Shown here piece after piece: positions 18,968-27,862 of a stretch of 49,186 bases of DNA. The notes beneath the pieces are model-generated. The model made no database searches. It saw only the letters and a list, made by a program, of their open reading frames with translations, and had not been told where the DNA came from. Location of the stretch: positions 1-49,186 of IMG/VR virus record IMGVR_UViG_3300025875_000044; one strand, written 5' to 3'. Position 1 is the stretch's first letter. Each line of letters begins with the position of its first letter. Position numbers and translations under genes: made by a program. The DNA is from a virus (Duplodnaviria > Caudoviricetes).

Positions 18968-19585
18968 CTAGAGAACGAAGATGAAGTCATCGTTTGAGTA
19001 GCGGAACAAGTCGCCTGGCGTGACATCCATCGACTCACGACCATCATTAAAGAGATGCATGCCATTGATGAAGTAACTGAAGTCGACCAGCATCGAGCAG
19101 ATCATGTACCCGCTGCCCTTCACCCATCGACGCAATCGCTTCGGCTTAACACCCAGCGCCAGGAGGCCGAGGGCTGGGTAACACCGAAACGCGTACGGAA
19201 CACCATCGAGTCGTCGCGCAGCCTTGACGATTTGTGTACGGAGATCAGCTTCATACACAGCAACTTCACGCTTGGTGATCACTACGTCGTTGCGGAGTTG
19301 TTCATCGACCCAGTCGGCAACGGCATTCTGCACCGGCTTGTCACAGACAACGATGCTCTTGTGCCCGTAACGTTCTGCGATGTGCTGGATCTTTGCGCCG
19401 CCAGGTTGTGCTTCGATGATCTCATCGTTGTCCAGCACGAGCCATGCATGCGTCCACCGGCTGCCGTCACCGCTGAGAAGCTGACCAAGCCATACGAACC
19501 AACCGACAGGACCGGAAATGCGCGACAACCCAAAGCTGCCCGCTGGCGGATCAAGTTCGACAGCAACGACGTCGGGAGCCGTCAT
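18968..19585 (-). CDS. Permuted NlpC/P60 (YiiX-like) peptidase/amidase
   Basis: WTHAWL and EAQPGG precede GVPY...ICSMLVD...VTPGDL. Confidence 0.75.
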   Translation of the reverse strand: MTAPDVVAVELDPPAGSFGLSRISGPVGWFVWLGQLLSGDGSRWTHAWLVLDNDEIIEAQPGGAKIQHIAERYGHKSIVVCDKPVQNAVADWVDEQLRNDVVITKREVAVYEADLRTQIVKAARRLDGVPYAFRCYPALGLLALGVKPKRLRRWVKGSGYMICSMLVDFSYFINGMHLFNDGRESMDVTPGDLFRYSNDDFIFVL

Positions 19586-19809
19586 CACGCGGCCTTCAGC
19601 TCTGCAGCTTCTTGGTACGTCAGCCATCCGTATCGGTGCGATCCATGCGTAGCACGCTGCAAGAGGGACTCGTCACCTAGCGTGCAGGTCAACGACAGTT
19701 CACCGTCTGGCTTGGTATCGATGACTTCGCCGGGGATCCAACCGTTATCCGCATGGAACAAGACTTCTTCACCTTGTTCGGGAAGAGTTAGGGAGTCTTC
19801 TGCATCCAC
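19585..19809 (-). CDS. Hypothetical protein (SH3-like)
   Basis: Coupled to next gene by TGATG. Confidence 0.65.
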   Translation of the reverse strand: MDAEDSLTLPEQGEEVLFHADNGWIPGEVIDTKPDGELSLTCTLGDESLLQRATHGSHRYGWLTYQEAAELKAA

Positions 19810-19895
19810 TTCGGTTCCCCGTTCGGTGTCAGAGCAACCACAAGGGCGTCAATCAGTTCACAGATGACGTCCCTGACGCTACGGATGTAGATCAT
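19788..19895 (-). CDS. Small hypothetical protein, possibly leaderless
   Basis: ATG 6 nt downstream of TACGAT. Confidence 0.35.
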   Translation of the reverse strand: MIYIRSVRDVICELIDALVVALTPNGEPKWMQKTP

Positions 19896-19914
19896 GCGGC
19901 GATCGTACGTCTGA

Positions 19915-21105
19915 TCAGGAAGCGCGGACAGCCGACTGGCGGTCCGTTCGACTACGCTCAGTGGCGATGCGAGCAGCCGCAGACCAAGCACTTGCCCAGT
20001 CACCGGCGCGATGCTCTACCGTTCCATACCGGCGAACATATTCACGATGCGACGCAGCTAGTTCCTTGAGCTCACCATCTGTCATCGCTACGAGATGCTT
20101 CAGCGCAGCCGCCCACTCCACGCGTCGATTGCGAACGACCCACAATGGCATGCCAGCCCGCTTGAGAGCATCGTGTTCTGGCGTCGCGGACGCAATCACA
20201 GGAACACCAGCCGCGGCCATCTCAAGTGCCTTCAGCGCTGATTTACTGCGGTTAAAGCGGGTATCGCACAACGGAACGATGCCGATGTCAAGTTCACCGA
20301 GAGCAATACGGTACATGTCTGACGAAAGCCAGCCGGACGCTTCGATGTTCGTCTCTTCCAGACCAAGCGACTTAGCGATGTCTTCGCGCGGTCCGATGTT
20401 GCGAAAGTTCACATGACGCTCGTTCATGTCAACTGTCTGGATGAAGTCTCTTAACGCACCACATGTCATCTCCAGATCACCGGGATGGGTCCCTACATGT
20501 CCGGCCCACCCGATCGTGCGATCACCGATCATCTCCAGCTCGCGACGACGCGACAACGGCCGTGACAACGGTTGCGTGAGCATCGATGTAGGCACGCCGT
20601 TGTTGATGATGAATGTTCGCGTCTTGCGACCATACTGCTTAGCGAGTTCAGTAGTCGAGACCGTCAGAACATCTGCGAGCGCGATCGACTTATGAAGCCA
20701 CATCGTGTTCTCTAACGGGTTGTTCTGGATGCTACGGTACGCCGAATTGCTCGTAGGCAGAACATCGAGATCGTCATCCAACTCGATAGCGATGCCGATG
20801 TCAGGGCGTCGCGCCTTGAGCCAGGCGATTGCTCCATACACGCCTGCCTGCAGCGGTCGCTGAAACGACACCACTTTCACGCCCGCCGGTACGTCAACAC
20901 GACGAATATGATACTTGTTGTCCGTAAATGTCGCATCCGCTGCAAGATGATCTGCTGTCGTAACATGCACACCTAGGTCTTGCGCACGAGCATTGACAGC
21001 CGCCGCAGGAAACTTAACACGGTATTCGCCACATCCGCCGCGATCCGCATACAACGCCATCACGTTGATCACATGTACGCCCTTTCCCCGTGGCGTGCAA
21101 AGCAT
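19915..21105 (-). CDS. Glycosyltransferase, GT-B fold (GT4-like)
   Basis: GCGEYRV, ELDDDL, ADVLTVST, IGWAG, DIGIVPL..TRFNRSKSALKALEMAAAGVPVIAS; start uncertain. Confidence 0.85.
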   Translation of the reverse strand: MLCTPRGKGVHVINVMALYADRGGCGEYRVKFPAAAVNARAQDLGVHVTTADHLAADATFTDNKYHIRRVDVPAGVKVVSFQRPLQAGVYGAIAWLKARRPDIGIAIELDDDLDVLPTSNSAYRSIQNNPLENTMWLHKSIALADVLTVSTTELAKQYGRKTRTFIINNGVPTSMLTQPLSRPLSRRRELEMIGDRTIGWAGHVGTHPGDLEMTCGALRDFIQTVDMNERHVNFRNIGPREDIAKSLGLEETNIEASGWLSSDMYRIALGELDIGIVPLCDTRFNRSKSALKALEMAAAGVPVIASATPEHDALKRAGMPLWVVRNRRVEWAAALKHLVAMTDGELKELAASHREYVRRYGTVEHRAGDWASAWSAAARIATERSRTDRQSAVRAS

Positions 21106-21230
21106 CGCCGTGCGATGCCCATGGCACTCTTAACGATGAGGATCGCCAGGGCGATGAACAACACCGCGACCCACCAAACACAGTAGACACAAATGAGGAC
21201 AAGAGCCAACAGAGCAGCCAAGATGATCAT
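21069..21230 (-). CDS. Small membrane protein
   Basis: Hydrophobic 53-aa ORF coupled by ATGA to the upstream gene. Confidence 0.5.
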   Translation of the reverse strand: MIILAALLALVLICVYCVWWVAVLFIALAILIVKSAMGIARRCFARHGERAYM

Positions 21231-21775
21231 GCGACTCTGGCATCCGCGAGTCGGATGCACGTCTTGCACTTCGGAATGTCAGCGGCCGACGTTACCGTCT
21301 TGACCTGAGTCCACGACGTGCCCCACGCCTGACGACAAAGCGAGAACGGGACAACAGATCGAAGATGCTCTTCAAGCGAGTTATGGCATCCGCGGCATTC
21401 TTCGGCGAAAGCATGTACACGCGTCATCTTGCCGACCGGTGCCCAAAAGATCTCGCCAGGCTGAGGCGGAATGGCAGGACCGAACGCATTGATAAAAAGG
21501 AGCTGCTCACCCTGTACTGGATCGATGTCCCAGCAAAACGCGCAACACGCCGCGCACATTCGGTCCTCAGTACTGTCGAACTTGAGAAGGCACGGCGCCT
21601 CTGCGTTCCGTGGACCGGGGCACGCGCACCGATGACTCGAGATCGGTACCTCGTCCATCAGAGTGGGCATGAGATGACGACGCGAGTGGATGTCGAAGAT
21701 CGACGCTGCAATGTTCACACCGAAACGATTGGTGATCTCGATCACCGCTGTTGGCGGATTCACTTCTGCAGTCAT
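21227..21775 (-). CDS. Cys-rich hypothetical protein
   Basis: RBS GAAGGA; several CxxC motifs. Confidence 0.65.
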   Translation of the reverse strand: MTAEVNPPTAVIEITNRFGVNIAASIFDIHSRRHLMPTLMDEVPISSHRCACPGPRNAEAPCLLKFDSTEDRMCAACCAFCWDIDPVQGEQLLFINAFGPAIPPQPGEIFWAPVGKMTRVHAFAEECRGCHNSLEEHLRSVVPFSLCRQAWGTSWTQVKTVTSAADIPKCKTCIRLADARVA

Positions 21776-21880
21776 GCGATTCCTTCTTCCTTGAGCTGGC
21801 CGGCACCCCGATAAGCGCATCCGGGAGTTACGGCACGTTCTTGCGACACATGCGACTCAGAGACTCCCCATCGGTGGTCG

Positions 21881-21953
21881 TCGCGCGAGAAGGAATCGAA
21901 CCCCCGGCACGTGGCTCCGTAGGCCACTGCTCTTTCCACTGAGCTACCGCGCG
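21881..21953 (-). tRNA. tRNA-Arg(ACG)
   Basis: Cloverleaf: acceptor CGCGCGG/TCGCGCG, D arm GCTC-AGTGGAAA-GAGC, anticodon arm GTGGC-CTACGGA-GCCAC, T arm GGGGG-TTCGATT-CCTTC; CCA not directly after the discriminator. Confidence 0.93.
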
Positions 21954-22045
21954 ATTAGTCGAGGTCGCCGCCGCTGCACCATCCCAGGACAGCGACGACG
22001 ACCTCAGGTTGCCGGTTACGCAGCCAGTGGCTGCGACCGACTGGA

Positions 22046-22333
22046 TCAGGCGCTCGCGAGCTCCTCAGCCGGAGCCGTGCTGGCCTCAGCCTCGGAAGCG
22101 ACCGGCTTCTCGTGAGAAGCCAGGCCCTCCGGGTCCGCGCCGTTCAGCACGGCCTCAGAAACCTGAGGGCCGTACCAGCGGTAGCGAAGATCGCGGATCG
22201 CACGCTCGACCGCCGCTGCGATGAACTCCTTGCACTCATCGCGCGTAGCCATGGTCTTGCGATGGTCCTTAACGAAGCGCACCGCTCGGCGATCCTGCTC
22301 AGTGAGAGTGAACGTTCCCATGCGAACCTGCAC
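22046..22333 (-). CDS. Hypothetical protein
   Basis: GTG with RBS AAGGAG. Confidence 0.65.
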   Translation of the reverse strand: MQVRMGTFTLTEQDRRAVRFVKDHRKTMATRDECKEFIAAAVERAIRDLRYRWYGPQVSEAVLNGADPEGLASHEKPVASEAEASTAPAEELASA

Positions 22334-22510
22334 TGTGTGCTCCTTTATCGTCGTCCGACTGCGTCTGCAGTTCCTGTTCTGGGGCTTAACCCCGTGCAAG
22401 CAACTCTAGCCTATTCCTGACGAGATGCAACCGTAGAGGACGAAGATTGCCGTCAACTTACGTGTTTGTTCCCACACGCTTTCAGCAATTCACCGTCGCA
22501 GTAACGCACG

Positions 22511-23884
22511 TTACGAATCATAGTTCACATGAACGTGATCGTAATGGTTCTGCGTCACACTGCCGCGGTCCTCCATCGGAGACCATCCGCCGCCGGGTGA
22601 GGTCATGATCCTCTGCTGCCAGATGACGTATTCGACACCGAGCTCATCCCAGTGATCGATATGGTACTGCGCAATCGCATCACCAAGTCCAGCATCACCC
22701 GGGACCATGTAGTCAAGCGCGTTGCCCGACGGATGTCCGTGCGGATCAATGGCGCTGGAACGCGTTCCGCCGATGGTGATGAGACTGGCACCGGGCACCT
22801 GCGTGAAGATGGTGTCTGCAGCTTCTTGCGCACGTGCTGCGACAGGCCCATAGCTGTTCACGATGATCGCAGTACCAAACGGCGGAGTTGCAACCTCAGC
22901 CGCAGCGACCTCCGCATCGGGCACGACTACAACTTGCTCTTTCTCTTCAGTGATCACCACAGGAACATCAGAATCAGGAGTCGTCGGAACAGAAGGCAGC
23001 GATACCTGGGGAACAACGTCAACGTCATCGTCCGGCGCACGATGACGACCAACAGTCAGCACCTGCTCCGGAAAGATCAAATTCGGATCAACACCCACAA
23101 CATCGATGTTGTCCGCATACAGCGTTGGCCAGTCGGTGCCGACGTCAAATGCGATCCCGGACAGCGTGTCACCGGTCTGAACCGTCACCGTCTCGACAGA
23201 CAGCTCGACCGGAACTTCAGGCGGTGCCAGGGGGACGGTGAGCTGCAGCACCTGGCCGGGAACGATCGTCCAAGGCGACACTATGCCGTTCAGCGCCGCG
23301 ATGTCAGCCCAGTTGAGTCCAGCCCGGTCTCCAATGCGTACGAGCGTGTCGCCTTCCTGTACCGTGTAGCTGTCCGCGACGATCGATGCTGCCGCCGGAG
23401 CGGGCGTCTCAGCCCGTGCTGGGTCGGCCTCAGGCTCGGGTGCAGGTTCAGGTACAGGCTGCTCCGACATGGGTGTGTTGTACACCGCGGTCCAACACCC
23501 CTCCGACGCACTCCAGTCCGCCAGTGAACCACGAGCGGAAGCGATCTCCTTGGCACGAGTGAACTGCTGGTCGAACGTCGCATCACTCGCATGATGTATG
23601 CCGAACGCATCAGCCCACGTTCCATCTGTGATCTGGAACGCACCGCTGGCCGTACTGATTGGGTTCTCGGCAGTCGGGTCCCCGAACTCGAACGGAGCCT
23701 GTCCGTCACCAGCCTCGCAATCGGAAACGGCCTTCCAGACCTCCGGCGAGAACTCCACAGTTGCGCTTGCCGAATCAGCAGCAACCATCATTGTGAGCGG
23801 ACTCGTCACAGTGATACCTGCGGCAGCTGCTCGCTGGACATTGCGCTTGGTCGTTGACGGCTTCCTGTGCTGGGCGCGAGACAT
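22511..23884 (-). CDS. Rpf-like transglycosylase + 2 LysM + C-terminal M15-like peptidase, secreted
   Basis: QHRKPS/signal-like N-terminus; WKAVSDCEAG...GAFQITDGTW...DQQ Rpf core; YTVQEGDTL and VTVQTGDTL LysM; HPSGNALD...YVIWQQRI...NHYDHVH. Confidence 0.88.
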   Translation of the reverse strand: MSRAQHRKPSTTKRNVQRAAAAGITVTSPLTMMVAADSASATVEFSPEVWKAVSDCEAGDGQAPFEFGDPTAENPISTASGAFQITDGTWADAFGIHHASDATFDQQFTRAKEIASARGSLADWSASEGCWTAVYNTPMSEQPVPEPAPEPEADPARAETPAPAAASIVADSYTVQEGDTLVRIGDRAGLNWADIAALNGIVSPWTIVPGQVLQLTVPLAPPEVPVELSVETVTVQTGDTLSGIAFDVGTDWPTLYADNIDVVGVDPNLIFPEQVLTVGRHRAPDDDVDVVPQVSLPSVPTTPDSDVPVVITEEKEQVVVVPDAEVAAAEVATPPFGTAIIVNSYGPVAARAQEAADTIFTQVPGASLITIGGTRSSAIDPHGHPSGNALDYMVPGDAGLGDAIAQYHIDHWDELGVEYVIWQQRIMTSPGGGWSPMEDRGSVTQNHYDHVHVNYDS

Positions 23885-24055
23885 TCGGCGCTCGTTTCTG
23901 AGGCGGGATGGATGACACCGGCCCGGGGGAAGCGGGTCACGCGATTGGTCTTCACGTGTACTTAGTGTCTTGACGCATATGGATAATACCAGGTCAACAA
24001 CGCAGAGTACAAGATCCTGTGTCGGTTCTTGTCATGGTTTGCCCGTAGCTCGTAG

Positions 24056-24451
24056 TCATCTCCAACGGCGATGGAAGATGAGCGCGCAACCACAACCGAG
24101 GATCATGGCCATAGCTGCGACACCTGCCCCGTCCCTCGGCGACCCAGCCAACGCGACGACGATGCACACAACGACAATGCCGAGAATCGCCGCCAGGAGG
24201 AGGACAGCTGTTGATCCGATCGCTGGACGCGCGTTCGATCCTGGTGCTGGTGCGCCGTCAGCTTGCGTGACCTGGTGGCTCCGAACGCCCACATCCGTCG
24301 GATCACCTTCGGACGGATGCGTAAAGATCAGACCACCGGTGTTGAACGACTGGCTGATCGGCGGACCCTCGTGATACGGAGGCGGCGGATCACCAACGGT
24401 GTACACCGGTGGCATTGACGCATCCGATGATGCAGCATGCATACCACTCAT
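24056..24451 (-). CDS. Membrane protein
   Basis: Two C-terminal hydrophobic helices. Confidence 0.6.
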   Translation of the reverse strand: MSGMHAASSDASMPPVYTVGDPPPPYHEGPPISQSFNTGGLIFTHPSEGDPTDVGVRSHQVTQADGAPAPGSNARPAIGSTAVLLLAAILGIVVVCIVVALAGSPRDGAGVAAMAMILGCGCALIFHRRWR

Positions 24452-24582
24452 GACGGATCAGACGTGGGCAACAGATCGCGGATGGCGTCCTTGTCCAGCC
24501 GGATCAGCGACCAACGCCCACGGTCGTTGAGTACCCAGCAGTAGGGCTTGCCGAACAGAACAACGGTTCGAGGCTTCCTCAT
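24448..24582 (-). CDS. Small hypothetical protein
   Basis: MRKPRTVVLFGKPYCW..., RBS AAGGA, ATGA coupling. Confidence 0.5.
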   Translation of the reverse strand: MRKPRTVVLFGKPYCWVLNDRGRWSLIRLDKDAIRDLLPTSDPS

Positions 24583-24623
24583 GATGCCATTTCCTTTGTA
24601 TCAGTGATGCGGGATGATGCTGG

Positions 24624-24998
24624 TCAGTCGTCGTACGGAGCAGAGCCGTCAGCCGGGCCGTCCGCGTCCAGCTTGCGTTGGTGCGCTGCAGTGATCCAGA
24701 GCTCGGTCAGCGCAGAGAAGGCGGGCTCGGCGTCCAGAGTTTCGTACTCATGGCGAGTGAGGTCGAAGCCGTGTGCAGCCGTTGTCTCCAGCGCCGTATC
24801 GGGCATACCGATCGCCTCGAGCATCCTGAAGAACGTCCCGTACTCACCACCGCCAAGCTGGCCAAGGACGCAGAACTGCGTGTTCTCGAGATCAAGAACA
24901 TCGGTGTCGATCTTGCGGAACCACTCTGCGTCGTAAGCGTCGAGCAGCTGCGCACCCTTCTCGACGCGTGGGCGGAACTCCTGGACGATGGTGGTCAT
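24624..24998 (-). CDS. Hypothetical phage protein
   Basis: RBS GAAGGA behind a promoter repeat; LDL...CVLGQL motif. Confidence 0.75.
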   Translation of the reverse strand: MTTIVQEFRPRVEKGAQLLDAYDAEWFRKIDTDVLDLENTQFCVLGQLGGGEYGTFFRMLEAIGMPDTALETTAAHGFDLTRHEYETLDAEPAFSALTELWITAAHQRKLDADGPADGSAPYDD

Positions 24999-25019
24999 GA
25001 TTCCTTCTTCCTGATCGTT

Positions 25020-25062
25020 CGGTGACAAGGACGACGGTAGCCGCCTGATGACGACGTGTCAA
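25020..25062 (-). promoter_or_regulatory. Sigma70-type promoter
   Basis: TTGACA-N17-TACCGT; 23 nt identical to 39739-39761. Confidence 0.75.
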
Positions 25063-25252
25063 CTGGTCTAGCGCCCAGACAGTTGCCCGAGGACAGATTC
25101 CGGCACCAGACCGAACACTACGTCCGCAGCGAGCTGCGCGTCCGCGTACTTGTACTTCTCAGTGATAGCCGTCACACGACGTTGCGCGGCCCATGCCATG
25201 GTGATCTCTGCCTCGGTCGCGGGAACGCGCTTACGACAGGCCATGACGCCTC

Positions 25253-25450
25253 CTAGACATGAATGATGGCGATGTGGATCTCAATTGGGCGTCCTACACT
25301 GATCCAGTTGTCATGCAGCATGTTCCACTGCACGGTGCCTCTCGCATGCGCACGTTCGTTCTCACGGCGGAACGTCGCGGTGGTCGCATCGAGGAACGTC
25401 AACACCAACTTCTCCGTCGGTATCTGCCCGTGATCGGCCATCAGTGTCAT
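25253..25450 (-). CDS. Hypothetical protein
   Basis: ATGA-coupled ORF. Confidence 0.6.
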   Translation of the reverse strand: MTLMADHGQIPTEKLVLTFLDATTATFRRENERAHARGTVQWNMLHDNWISVGRPIEIHIAIIHV

Positions 25451-25872
25451 GGTGTGTTCACCTTCTCTCCATCAGCCTGAGCTGCCAGCCAGCCAGGTTC
25501 ATGCTTGCGGACCTTCTTTGCTCGGTGCCAGAGGTTGCAGTGATCACACCGGTACACCTCCCACAGACGTCGCTCCCGTGGATGGAGAGTCGCACGTGCT
25601 GCAGTCGGCGACTTGTACCGATGCTTCCACTCCCACTGCCACGTGCGCATGGGCCCTGAGCCATATCCCTTCTTGACGCGACAGCATCGAGGTACGATCG
25701 CGGGGTCGGGCCGTGCTGGCCTCTCCTCGCGTGGCTCGTGGTTCTTGGCAGCCGCACATGCGAACGAGCAGTAGAGACCAAGGATCGGATGAAGGAAGCC
25801 GAAGAACCTGCGGCATGTGTAACAGCGCTGCCGTTCAGGATACTTGTGCTCCTTCCCGTAGGGATGGCGCAT
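25447..25872 (-). CDS. Zn-binding hypothetical protein
   Basis: CYTC, YCSFAC, VYRCDHCNLWH. Confidence 0.6.
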   Translation of the reverse strand: MRHPYGKEHKYPERQRCYTCRRFFGFLHPILGLYCSFACAAAKNHEPREERPARPDPAIVPRCCRVKKGYGSGPMRTWQWEWKHRYKSPTAARATLHPRERRLWEVYRCDHCNLWHRAKKVRKHEPGWLAAQADGEKVNTP

Positions 25873-25881
25873 GCGTCCAAC

Positions 25882-26055
25882 CTACCGTGACTGCAGCGTC
25901 ATCGTGGCGCGCGCCGACTTGAGCATGTGATCGCATGAATGACAGAGACCAGCAATGCAGTGCGTGATGCGTTCGCACATTCGACACGGCGCCTGCTCTT
26001 CCTTCGGCTCCGTCTTGGGCGTCGTTACCTCTTGACCCAACGCGTTGGCCACCAT
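25882..26055 (-). CDS. Small Cys-rich protein
   Basis: Own translation MVANALGQ...CRMC...CHSC; RBS GAGGAG. Confidence 0.4.
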   Translation of the reverse strand: MVANALGQEVTTPKTEPKEEQAPCRMCERITHCIAGLCHSCDHMLKSARATMTLQSR

Positions 26056-26849
26056 GGTCCCATCTCCTCTGCAGATGTTGAAAGTGTCGATCCGATGTCA
26101 GCTCTCAGTCGATAGTCATCAAGCAGGTGATCCAGCACACGCCATGCGTACATCATCTGCGCATCTCGTATTCGGTACTCGATCGGACCGCATTCGTCAC
26201 GCTTGGCCTTCAGCCATGCCTCGACATCACTGCCTCGATGCGGAACATGTCGCTCCCCGACCTCCCCGTCCGGCTGGGTGCCGCCGAGCACAGCCAGCAG
26301 CTCGTCGGCCTTGGCGGCGAAGCAGGAGGGGCAGAGCACGCCTTGCGCCTCACGGCCCGGGTCGCCGCCGACGACGTGGTTCCAGAGTCGGTCGGGGGCG
26401 AACCAGATCGGATTGGGCCGCCCGCACTGCTGACAGCGGCTGTCGCCGTCCTCGGGCCGCCATGCCCGCTGCTGTTCCCCGTCCCCGGCGCGACCGCCAT
26501 GGGTGCGGATCAGCCGCAGGAGCCACTCGGCGTCGGAGTGCAGCCCGGGCCAGGACCCGGGGTCACCGGCCAGGGTGGCGAGGAGCTTCGCGGCCAGCAC
26601 ATCCGGGCGGGAGTCATGGGCGCCGACCCCGGCGCGGCCGGAGGCATCAAGGTGCGGTCGGTTGCAGGGGCGGCACAGGTCATCACCGGGCAGGTGATCC
26701 GGGTTGGCCATGCTGCACCGCCGACAGAGCCTCAGCGAGCACTGCTCGTTGTGCTGGTTCATGACCACGCCGGGAGTGCCGCAAGAGCAACCGCCGTCAA
26801 TCCACTTTCCCTCGTTCTGCCCGTTGTCGGGCCGGTCCACGGCGGTCAC
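26025..26849 (-). CDS. Chimeric hypothetical protein beginning with shared leader MTAVDRP
   Basis: GTGA overlap start; several Zn-ribbon pairs; GC drop in the C-terminal part. Confidence 0.65.
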   Translation of the reverse strand: MTAVDRPDNGQNEGKWIDGGCSCGTPGVVMNQHNEQCSLRLCRRCSMANPDHLPGDDLCRPCNRPHLDASGRAGVGAHDSRPDVLAAKLLATLAGDPGSWPGLHSDAEWLLRLIRTHGGRAGDGEQQRAWRPEDGDSRCQQCGRPNPIWFAPDRLWNHVVGGDPGREAQGVLCPSCFAAKADELLAVLGGTQPDGEVGERHVPHRGSDVEAWLKAKRDECGPIEYRIRDAQMMYAWRVLDHLLDDYRLRADIGSTLSTSAEEMGPWWPTRWVKR

Positions 26850-27109
26850 CGGGTGCCGCCGAACCACTGCCGCAACAGCTCGCGCGGCAGCTTGGCTGGG
26901 TGTGCCTGGCAGCGCAGACAGGCGGCGACCTCACCGGGTCCGTCGATACCGTCGAAGGCCACACTGCCGTCGCTGCTGATGCTGCCCATGCCGAGCACTG
27001 CGAGCGCGGTCCGGACCTCGGCCTCGTGCGCCGGACAGATGACCTCCGCGATGTCGCCGATGTTCGGATGGGTCCAGTGCAGGCGCATCAGCTCACCCAC
27101 GCCGCTCAC
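26846..27109 (-). CDS. Hypothetical protein
   Basis: Overlap-coupled ORF ending GTR*. Confidence 0.6.
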   Translation of the reverse strand: MSGVGELMRLHWTHPNIGDIAEVICPAHEAEVRTALAVLGMGSISSDGSVAFDGIDGPGEVAACLRCQAHPAKLPRELLRQWFGGTR

Positions 27110-27356
27110 CGTCCAGGGCGGCGCGGGAAGCGTGGTACGGGTTGCTTACCCGCGGCACGCCCCACTGGCACGCCTGGTAGCCGTCGAACCAGGCCGCCTC
27201 GCGCACCATCCGCAGCGTCTCCGCGTCAGCGGACGGCCGGGCGCCCCGTGCCCAACCGCCTTTGATCTCGACGGGAACCCACAGGACGCCCACTGCGTCA
27301 CGGTGCGTCCTCGGCCCCTCGTCCTGCCCGTTGCCGGGCCGGTCCACGGCGGTCAC
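27093..27356 (-). CDS. Hypothetical protein with MTAVDRP leader, ARPSADAE and RAALDG modules
   Basis: GTGA overlap with DUF1643 stop. Confidence 0.6.
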   Translation of the reverse strand: MTAVDRPGNGQDEGPRTHRDAVGVLWVPVEIKGGWARGARPSADAETLRMVREAAWFDGYQACQWGVPRVSNPYHASRAALDGERRG

Positions 27357-27862
27357 CGTGGAGTCCACGGGCTGAGCTCGGCGTCTCCGCGGACGTACAG
27401 CGGATGCCGTGGGGCTCCGGCCTTCGTCATGCCCAACGCGAGCAGCCCGCCGGCGACCCTCCGGACCTGACGGCCGCGCTCGGCCGCCATGACGTGCGCG
27501 CCCCACGCGGCGATGACCCGGCCGCCCTCGACGTCGGCGAGGCTGGCCGCCTCGGCGATGTACTCGTCGTTCACCGGGCCGATGGGGTCCGGGTGGCGGA
27601 GCAGCGCCTTGGGATCCGTGGAGCGGAGCGCGAAGAGGTTGACGACGGCGAGCGCGCCAGCTCCCCACCCGCGGGAGAAGCCGATGCAGCGGCGGATCGT
27701 TGGGTCGTCGACGTCCGCGGTCGCGGTGGACGGGTTGAGCATGATCCATACGTCGAGCGGGCCGTCGCTCCATGAGCGGCCCAGCTCGTAGCGGTACGTC
27801 TGGTCCGCCGAGATGGTGGCCCAGGACGGCCCGCGGGCCGCCCGGACGTCCATGTCGCTCAC
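27353..27862 (-). CDS. DUF1643 family protein
   Basis: YRYELGR, IMLNPSTA, DDPTIRRC, VNLFALRSTDP, AAWG, PRHPLY. Confidence 0.9.
   Translation of the reverse strand: MSDMDVRAARGPSWATISADQTYRYELGRSWSDGPLDVWIMLNPSTATADVDDPTIRRCIGFSRGWGAGALAVVNLFALRSTDPKALLRHPDPIGPVNDEYIAEAASLADVEGGRVIAAWGAHVMAAERGRQVRRVAGGLLALGMTKAGAPRHPLYVRGDAELSPWTPR

Larger units (their letters stand above)
26809..27358. repeat. 43-nt direct repeat (26809-26851, 27316-27358) encoding the MTAVDRPxNGQxEG gene start
   Basis: ccctcgt(t/c)ctgcccgttg(t/c)cgggccggtccacggcggtcaccg, 2 mismatches. Confidence 0.92.

Noticed and set aside
21803-21880. Canonical HDV-like (theta) ribozyme
   Set aside because: Only 9 nt between the P2-like and P4-like stems, too few for P3, L3 and P1'; kept only as a generic structured element
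23885-24050. c-di-AMP (ydaO) riboswitch, often found upstream of rpf genes
   Set aside because: The conserved riboswitch motifs and stems are not visible
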